Origin: Octopus sinensis
Taxonomy: Eukaryota
Length of the DNA stretch: 64,000 nucleotides
Reading direction: 5' to 3'
NCBI RefSeq assembly: GCF_006345805.1
Contig: NC_043006.1
Location: forward strand, 15,500,001 to 15,564,000
Shown: positions 55,038 to 64,000 of the stretch, piece by piece
Layout of the letters: every line of letters begins with the position of its first letter
Position numbering within the stretch: the stretch's first letter is position 1
Position numbers and translations under genes: made by a program
The notes under the pieces: generated by a model
What the model saw: only the letters and a program-made list of their open reading frames with translations
Databases searched by the model: none
Told to the model about the DNA's origin: nothing

Positions 55038-56453
55038 AAGGCGAACTGGCAGAAACGTTAGCACGCCGGGCGAAGTGCTTAGCGGTATTTCGTCTGCCGT
55101 TACGTTCTGAGTTCAAATTCCACCTTGGTCGACTTTACCTTTCATCATTTCGGGGTCGATAAATTAAGTAACAGCTACGCACTGGGATCGATGTAATCGA
55201 CTTAATCTGTTTGTCTGTCCTTGTTTGTCCCCTCTTTGTTTAGCCCCTTGTAGGCAATAAAGAAATACGAATCGTTAGCGCCCCGGGCAAAATGCTTTGC
55301 AGCTTCTTGTTCGTCCTTATGTCCTGAGTTGAAATGCCGTCGAGGCCGACTTTGTCTTTCATCCTTTCGGGGTTGATCAAATAAGTACGAGTTGAGTAGT
55401 GGGGTCGATGTAATCGACTTATCCCCTGCCCCCAAATTTCTGGCCTTGTTCCAAAATTTGAAACCAATATTCATAACTTTATGAAGGCAGGGAGCTGGTA
55501 GAATTGTTAGCGTGCCGGACAAAACGTTTAGCGCCTTTTCTTTTGTCATTACGTTCTGAGATGAAATTCCGCCGGACGAGTTAGCTTTTCATATTTTCGG
55601 GGACGATAAAATACGCAAGTTCGAGCGGAGTACTGTTGATCGATGTAATCAACTTTTAACCCCTTCTTCGAAATTTCTCGTCTTGTGCCAAAACTGGAAA
55701 GCAATACTTATTGTCCCAAGGGCGGCGTGCCACCAGAATCGTTACCGCGCTGGAAAAAGTGGTTAGTGGTAATTCTTGTGACTTTACGGTCTGAGTTCAA
55801 ATGGCTGGTAAAATAAGAACCAGTTTAGCCCTGCGATCGATGTAATCGGTTTGGCTCCTCCCCGTAATTGCTGACCTTGTGCCAAAATTTGAGACCCTCA
55901 TTTATTGTTCCATATTTATTGATTTAAAATTTTATCACAAGACTAAGAATTTCGAGGAGAGTGTAAGTTGATTGTATTGACCCGAATACTCAACTACAAC
56001 TTTTTTTAATTCTTTTCTACTCTAGACACAAGGCTCGAAATTTTGGGGAGGAGGCCAGTCGATTAGATCGACCCTGGTGCACAACTGGTACTTAATTTAT
56101 CGACCCCGAAAGGATGAAAGGCAAAGTCGTCCTCGGCGGAATTTGAACTCAGAACTAAAGGCGGACGAAATGTCACTAAGCTTTTCGCATGGGTTGCTAA
56201 CGATTCTGCCAGCTTGTCGCCTGATTGTCCCAGATGTATCCTTTTCTACTCAAGGCACAAGGCCCGAAATTTTTTGGGAGGGGACCAGTCGATTAGATCG
56301 ACCACAGTACGCAACTGGTACTTAATTTATCTACCCTGAAAGGATGAAAGGATGAAAGACCTCGTTGGAATTTAGTGCTCAGAACATAAAGGCAGACGAA
56401 ATACCGCTAAGCATTTCGCCCGGCGTGCTAAAGTTTCTGCCAGCTCGCCGCCT
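55038..56453. mobile_element. Dense SINE family D cluster: plus-strand tandem copies (55038-55900) and minus-strand tandem copies (about 55920-56453)
   Basis: At least six D-family units of different ages arranged head-to-tail on each strand. Confidence 0.85.
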
Positions 56454-57405
56454 TATTGACCTACATATATCAAAATCTCACATTTGTAGTACATTTCAAC
56501 AAGGGTCTACTCGCTCCTTGTGAACCGGCGATGAAAGTATTCCCACAATTGGCTGGGTGGTTCAGACTTTCGTTTTAAAATTACAATTACTGTGTTTTGG
56601 GCGCAGTGCACGTGATTTCTAGTGTAATCCCGGGCCAAACAATGTATAGTGAGGGAATTTGTCTCAAGGAAACTGTGTGGAATTCCCAACGTATATGTGT
56701 GTGCATGAGTGTAATGTGTGCGTGTGTGTGTGTGTGTGTACATATTTGTATTTCTCTCTAACCACTTTGCAACCCGTTGGTTGTTTGTTTATGTCCTGAA
56801 AGTTCGCGTTTCGGCAAACAAAACTAATAGAACAAGTATCAGACTTAAAAAATAAATAATTAAATAAATTAGGAAATAAAGAAATATATGAATAGACAAA
56901 AAATAGCAGAAAGGGTGATTTAAATGATTAATGTCTTCAAGGCTCTGCTCCAGCATGACCTCAATCTTATTGATAAAAGAATAAAAGATGAAAAGAGTCT
57001 TAGTACTAATTTTGACCGCGCTATATTTTCAGCTAGCTAGTTTGTACAAGTTTTTAATTAAGAGAAATTAATGTAATATGTACAGGCATTTAATTTTATG
57101 TTAATTCTATATTGCAAGTAAATACGGTTAAGAATAAATCAATAAGTTTCGTTTTGGTGCTGGACAAGCTAAGAAAAAACAAGGTTTCTTTGAATCTGAC
57201 TACAATTTATTAATATATAACTGTGTGGCATAAATATTTGTCATTAATGTTTTTTTATTATCCTTGGTATATAAGTAAAAGTAGACATTTCGATATTAAT
57301 CAAACTGAAGGCTCTCTCACTTTTTAATCATTAATATGGAGAAACTGCAGGAACGACCAGCATTTCAAAGGTTTTCAATATCGTGTTTTTAGGATTCATG
57401 TGTAT

Positions 57406-57505
57406 NNNNNNNNNNNNNNNNNNNNNNNNNNNNNNNNNNNNNNNNNNNNNNNNNNNNNNNNNNNNNNNNNNNNNNNNNNNNNNNNNNNNNNNNNNNNNNN
57501 NNNNN
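57406..57505. other. Assembly gap (100 N)
   Basis: Direct reading; a round 100 N is a typical placeholder of unknown true size. Confidence 0.99.
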
Positions 57506-58224
57506 CATTGAAAGCAAGGCGGTCACACACCAAATATTGGATATATCAAATAATCCTTTACGGTGTACATGTTTTTGTATCGTTTGAAAATTAATGTATT
57601 TCGTTCATATCTTTCAAATGTTTCTTATTTTTTGTTCCAAATTTGTATATTGTTTGCATGTATGATATATTTTATTCAGCATAAATTTCGTTTGATTTCC
57701 TTCGATATTATAAAAGTAACAGCGATTTTACTGAAAGTCTTTTGGGGCGTACATACTTCTGTAATTATACATATATAAATTCAAATAGAATCGGGTACTT
57801 GAAAAGATATGCACCGAGTAGGGTTGGGTAAACCTGTGGTCACCACCTATGGTTGATCATTATCAAATAGAATATTCCGGTTGTGTACAGAGAGAAAACC
57901 AGCCAATGAGTAATTACCACCTTGGGATTGGTCCAAGAACACATTACGTTGATTGTACGTTGTTGATATACTCCAGGGTGTCGGACGTATCGTGAATCCC
58001 TATGGTGTATTATAATCAAATGAATAATGTCTGTTATTATTCATTTCATTTGACAACCGGCGTTGGTCTGTTTACGTCCTGTAACTTAGTACTAGGCTTA
58101 AAAGATAAGTCCATGGCTCGATCTGATCGACTAAATTCCTTCAATGCAGCGCGCCAGCATGACTGCAGTCAAATGACTTGTAATTAAAAGATAAAAAAAT
58201 TACTCAAATCAAGTGTTGAAAACC

Positions 58225-58900
58225 AACTGTATCAGCCTGGGTACGTCACCAGGTTTGATGCTTTTGACTCACATCAAATGAATGAAGATAACCTCGCCCA
58301 ACAGATTTCCATTTGTGATTCATTGAGGAAATATGAAGAAAACTCCTCTTGTGAAGAGAATGGTGACGGCATTAATAATAATGTGAAGCCCAAACAATCA
58401 TAGGTAAAGCGGGGCAAACAACCACAAACGACCGTCATGCCAGGACTTCACACTAAGATGGTTATACTTTCAATTTGATGGGATAGTAAGGGTGTTGTCT
58501 CTCATGAGCTTCTTCCCACGGACAGGACCATCAATTCGGGGGTGTACTGTAACCAACTGGGCAAATTAAAGGCAGTAATCCATCAGAACCATCCATCATT
58601 TGCTAATCGCAAGGGAATTAGTTTTCATGACGACAATGCCAGAACACACACCTCTTTGTAGACGCGGTAGAAGTTACTGCGGCTTGACTGGAAAGTTTTG
58701 CCGCACCCTCCATATTCGTTCCACCTGGCACCTTAAAACTTCAACCTATTTCGATCTCTTCAAAATTCATTGAAAAGGATGTAAAAATCCATTCGGAAGA
58801 GATCTACGCAATTAAAGATAGGAAGTACTTTGAGTAGGAAATAATAGATTTGCCCACAATATAACAGAAGATACAGGAAGGAAACGATAATTATGTCACT
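58225..58900 (+). pseudogene. mariner (Tc1/mariner DD34D) transposase remnant
   Basis: Manual translation PGLHTKMVILSI*WDSKGVVSHELLPTDRTINSGVYCNQL...ANRKGISFHDDNARTH...LDWKVLPHPPYSFHLAP*NFNLFRSLQNSL. Confidence 0.9.
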
Positions 58901-58946
58901 GATTGAATAAATCGCTTTGTATTTAAAACTTATATATATGGGGGTG

Positions 58947-59043
<97 letters not shown>

Positions 59044-59059
59044 GATATACATATACATA

Positions 59060-59567
59060 CAAGGACCGAGTACCAAACGGAGTCATTCTGGAACAGACTA
59101 ATATGCCAAGCATGTATGCCTTCCTCGTGCGGAGACGACTGCGCTGGCTCGGACACGTCTGCCGCATGCTGGACGGTCGCATGCCTAAAGACATCCTGTA
59201 CAGCGAATTCACCACGGGATCCCGACCCAAGGGACGTCCACAGCTACGAAGCGCGACCTGAGGACTGCCAACATCTGTGTGGACACGTGGGAGGAAACAG
59301 CTGCTGACCGCTCTGCCTGGCGTCGGACAGTGAGGAAAGGCGTTTCCATGGCTGAGGAGAGGAGAGCACAGCTGTGGTTGGACAGGCGGGACAGGAGAAG
59401 GACAACTGCAGCAACACCCCACACGTACCCATCGATGTTCGTGTGCAGCAACTGTACCAAGGAATGCCACTCTAGAATTGGACTGTTCAGTCACAGCAGA
59501 CGCTGCACATCATCAAAGTAGGCCCCACCCTTGGCGCACCCCATTGTCTATCAAGACAGACGGGGAT
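59060..59567 (+). mobile_element. 5'-truncated GC-rich RTE-clade LINE 3' end with C-terminal zinc finger and 3' tail
   Basis: [25 protein letters not shown]...[14 protein letters not shown]...W...AADRSAWRR...CSNCTKECHSRIGLFSHSRRC*; tail ccattgtctatcaagacagacgg; small internal deletion. Confidence 0.9.
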
Positions 59568-59997
59568 AAAGATACATATACATATAAATATACATATATA
59601 TGTATATATATACTATATTTATGGATTAAAAAGGCAACCAATGGTTTCATGAAAAGGAAGTCTTAACAATTGTTCAAGTGTGCCACATGGAAATATTGAT
59701 ACTCGTCTCCATTTCTCATCCAAAATGGGGATGAATACCAACATTTCTGCACTTAAGAAAACCAACTTTGTGCACTTAAGAAAACATCTCCACAACTATT
59801 GGTTGCCTTGTAGAACCTCAAATATGCAATATTTATCCACCAATGCTATGTACAGTACGCATTGGTCTGTTCGTTATTAGCACACACATACATACATACA
59901 TACATACATACATACATACATACATACATACACACATATATACACACACACACACACACACAGACATATATATATATATATATTATATATATATGCT

Positions 59998-60308
59998 GAG
60001 ACCCCCTTCGGTCATGGGATTGCACCTAGAAAGTTACCCTCCTAGGCACAAGTTTATGGAAGACCAGCAGTCGCCCATGAATACCGGCCTGCCCTCTCCA
60101 CGCCACCAGTGTTATCGAAGGGAAAGGCAAAGGCCGATACAGCTTGGCATCTGTGGCGTCGCAACTCATTTCTACAGCTGAGTGAACTGGAGTAACGTGA
60201 TATAAAGTGTCTTGCTCAAGAACACAGCACGCAGCCCGGTCCAGAATTCGAACTCACAACCTCATGATCGTAAACTTGACGCTCTACCACTGAGGCATGC
60301 GCCTTCAC
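59998..60308 (-). mobile_element. SINE family B
   Basis: Homologous to 13191-13537. Confidence 0.88.
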
Positions 60309-61746
60309 TATATATATATATATGAAGCAGATGTTTCCGAATTCTTAAAAGTGGTTATAATCGATGCGTCTCTCCAACATTTTCCATTATTCAGAAACAT
60401 TGAGCATAGTAAAATACTATAAAATGTAACATAAAAATTAATCAACACGGTTTCGAACGCATTCTGCTGGGTATAACGAAGAAACACTTTCAAATAAGTA
60501 AATGTATCATAAGACTAAGAAGACTAATGTAAGGTCGTTGAAATAGATTTAGAGGGATCGACACATTTAGAGGATAACTTGACAAAATTGAAGAGATAAG
60601 CTGACAAACTAGATTTCAAGGATCTCAAAAAAAAAAAAAAAAAGTAAGTGATAACTAAAAAATTGAAGGGAATATTTGGATGGGATTAACAAAAATTGGG
60701 ATCGATTAGCCAAAGTCGAAAATTACTGGGGAGAAAATAAGAAAGCATTTAGGCTGAAGTGGGAATCAATGTTGAGTTGTTCCTTTGATTAAAAGGCAGA
60801 ATATCTACAAATAGATTATTTGAATATGTGACCACATACTTTTTTTATGACATAGTGTGTGTGCGCAATAAAATTATCGACCGGATATCTGTAATTTAAT
60901 TGCAGTTTCATAACCTTAAATTCTGTAACTGCTGTATGCTTATAAGTTGTAGTTCACGGCAGACTGTGGGGTCAATTTACAGCTGTTTCTGTAGATAATT
61001 AACCAGCAGCCATTAATTTCATGCGTCAGCTATATTGATTAAATTTATTCCTACAAATGTGAATTCTGTTGACGAGAAGAAAAAGAAATTAAATCGGGTA
61101 TTGCACCTTTTATGACCCTCTTCATTCTCATTGAAATAGTTTCTCTGCATTATAATACCCGCTAGGTTCAATAAGCATTGCCAATATTACTGCTTGTCTA
61201 AAATTCGAGAGAATTTGCTACAGCGTAATTGAAACATTGTCTGAACTTGAGGCTACGTTTCTGCTTCGACGTTATTTTATTTTTTAATTTAATAATCTAT
61301 TTGCAACTGTATTAAATATAACGATTTTTGCTCTTCACATAAAATGTAACGTCCGTAGTTTATTACTCAATAATTTTAGCTTAAAAGAGTACGCAAAGTA
61401 AAACTAACACTAATAGGATTCTATCATGTTATTTAGATTATTTACGAACACGTTTTAGATATGTTTAAGATGCTCAATACATACTTAAAACACAAAACGG
61501 AAAATATTTACATTGAACAAATTTCATTAAGTATATTATAGCTCTCTTCTTCTAGGTGTGTGAGACGAAGAGATGGTAATCGTACAGGTTTCATAGTAAA
61601 TTGTCAAGGTGATTAGCTCAGTGAACATGAATCTTACTTTAAACTTAGAGGTTTTCTCTATAATGTAGTAGCGTAGGAAATCATCTTCAATAGTTGTTAC
61701 GTAATATTTATTACATATATGCTTGTATAGTTATACATGTTGGTAT

Positions 61747-61747
61747 G

Positions 61748-61820
<73 letters not shown>

Positions 61821-61867
61821 ATGCCTGTCTATCAGTCTATCTGTCTATCAGTCTGTCTGTCTCTCTG

Positions 61868-61916
<49 letters not shown>

Positions 61917-61981
61917 GTATCTATCTGTCTGTCTGTCTGTCTGTCTGTCTGCCTGCCTGTCTGTCTGTCTGTCTGCCTGCC

Positions 61982-62038
<57 letters not shown>

Positions 62039-62064
62039 ACATATATATATATATATATATATAC

Positions 62065-62101
<37 letters not shown>
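61747..62101. repeat. Graded compound microsatellite (CTAT)n-(CTGT)n-(CT)n-(TA)n-(GT)n
   Basis: Direct reading. Confidence 0.95.
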
Positions 62102-62104
<3 letters not shown>

Positions 62105-62412
62105 AGGCGCAATGGCCCAGTGATTAGGACAGCGGACTCGCGGTCGTAAGATCGCGGTTTCGATTCGCAGACCAGGCGTTGTGAGTGTTTATTGAGCGAA
62201 AACACTTAAAGCTCCACGAGGCAACGGCAGGGGTTGGTGGCGATCCTTGCTGTACTCTTTCGCCACAACTTTCTCTCACTCTTTCTTCTGTTGGCCTGCT
62301 CGCTTAGCCAGCGAGGTGGCGTCATTTGAAGGCTAAAACGATGCGAAGCTCATTGTGACCAGCGATGTGTAGCAACATCTGATAGCCTGGTCGGTTACGG
62401 TGATCACGGTGA
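62102..62412 (+). mobile_element. SINE family C2, full length, followed by (TA)n
   Basis: A box tggcccagtga, B box ggtttcgattcgc; tail cacggtgatcacggtga-type; homologous to 42005-42293. Confidence 0.9.
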
Positions 62413-62864
62413 TATATATATATATATATATATATTCATGCATACATGTGTGTGTGTGTGTGTGCGTATCACGAAACTGCAAAACTGTTTCCCAATAATA
62501 ATTATTGGCAGGGTAAAAATGTGCTCATTGTTTGAAAATTTGTTAACAATTCTGAAAAATCGATACTGTAGAACGGCATTATGCGTATTATAATTTTCGA
62601 CTACTCCCCCTTGTACGACTCGCGTATAAATTACATAAACCTTTAGTGCATCATTACTTCTTCAATTCTACTTATGCGTCCATATGCAAATGCATGCTCT
62701 ACATTTTTTCCTATGGGTTCCTCCGCTTAATGATCAATATAATTGACGTGTGCATGTCGTAATGAGTTACACATTTTAAATTGGAGGTGAGGAAAACAAC
62801 CTTTATACAAAGCAAAACTGAATTGATTTTATTTTATGTAAATGGTTTATGCATCTGTAAATGT

Positions 62865-62981
62865 ACATATATATATATATAATATATATATATACATACA
62901 ACACACACACACACACACATATATATATATTATATATATATATACATATATATATACATATATATACATATATATACATCC

Positions 62982-63012
<31 letters not shown>

Positions 63013-63110
63013 TATACATATATATATATATACACACACACACACATATATATATATTATATATATATATAATACACACATATATATATATATATATATA
63101 TACAAACATA
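62865..63110. repeat. (TA)n/(CA)n microsatellite
   Basis: Direct reading. Confidence 0.95.
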
Positions 63111-64000
63111 CATGCAGCGACATATTTACGCATACTCATGTAGTATGCATTTACTGTTAAATGTGAGATGTACACAATTAAGTGTGTTATTCATATTTTG
63201 TCGACGAGGTTTTACTAAATTTTTATGACAAATCTTATAACAAAGCTTGAGTATTAATTTTTGCAATTTGTCTAAACAAATAACCAAACAAAAGAACAAA
63301 GAATAAATCAGAACAAAGTAGAATCATAAAGATATTTTATGTTTTATACTTTATATAACTTTTGTTTTCCTTTTCAAATGTTCTCTTTAATTAAGCGATT
63401 CATTTGCTTTGAGGTCATAATATTAAGAAGCAAATAAATATTTTTCACAAAGTCGACACATTTAATCGTTGTATGTTTTCAGTAACAAACTCAAAAGCTG
63501 TTGATGCTATAGCGTGTCATTGTATTTTCAATAGCTTTTATTTCTAAATACCATATTCTTTAAATAACAATCATTTGCTGCCATATATAAGTTCCATGCA
63601 ATATAAACTACTAAATGGACTTTTAGTTCGATTTTACAAAGTTTTCAAGGAAGCGTGGGTTAAACTAGAAATACGAATGATTCTACTTTTAATCGTTGTC
63701 TGCTGTGCCTTTAACCTAATCAACCGATTTTATTTCTGTTAGTGGTAAAATGAGTTCCGAACGACCAGGTGTCAACTGAATTCGTTAATGGTTTAGAATC
63801 TTGTATTAACCTTAAAATATCATGTTTTGTATTTGATTTAGTCGAGTAAATTGTAATCTTCCAACGATACTAAGCAATAGTCATGTCTGTTTTATTATAT
63901 TACTGAGTCTCTTAACGAACTTATTATAACTTCTGATGGAGTGTACATTTCCAAGTTTATATAATTCTCCACAAATGTTGTTTTTGTTATATTGTTGTTA

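Noticed and set aside
50345-56453. Regularly recurring short motifs that might resemble a CRISPR array
   Set aside because: Eukaryotic SINE multimers; no unique spacers and no cas genes.

Overview
AT-rich, microsatellite-saturated eukaryotic DNA. The tRNA-derived SINE families and repeat load suggest an octopus or other coleoid cephalopod (inference). No host protein-coding gene can be supported; only weak isolated exon candidates exist. Almost all non-microsatellite ORFs are transposon-derived. These include a 14-kb stack of (TAA)n-targeting R4/Dong-clade retrotransposons (21.5-35.5 kb, one near-full-length copy that may be intact), RTE-clade LINE fragments, a decayed pogo/Tigger transposon, a mariner remnant, a Tigger-like MITE and many copies of four SINE families (my working labels A-D). 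The most striking unexplained structure is at 40480-41026: a non-coding 479-bp unit with a 44-bp perfect terminal redundancy, inserted between two (TA)n tracts, with a well-formed type I hammerhead ribozyme fold in its middle. That is the layout expected from reverse transcription of a small ribozyme-generated circular RNA (retrozyme-like) or from a Penelope-like pseudo-LTR relic. A second, minimal Penelope-type hammerhead lies in another (TA)n-embedded insert (8147-8305). All alignments, folds and GC estimates were done by eye; family names recalled from memory are flagged as such.
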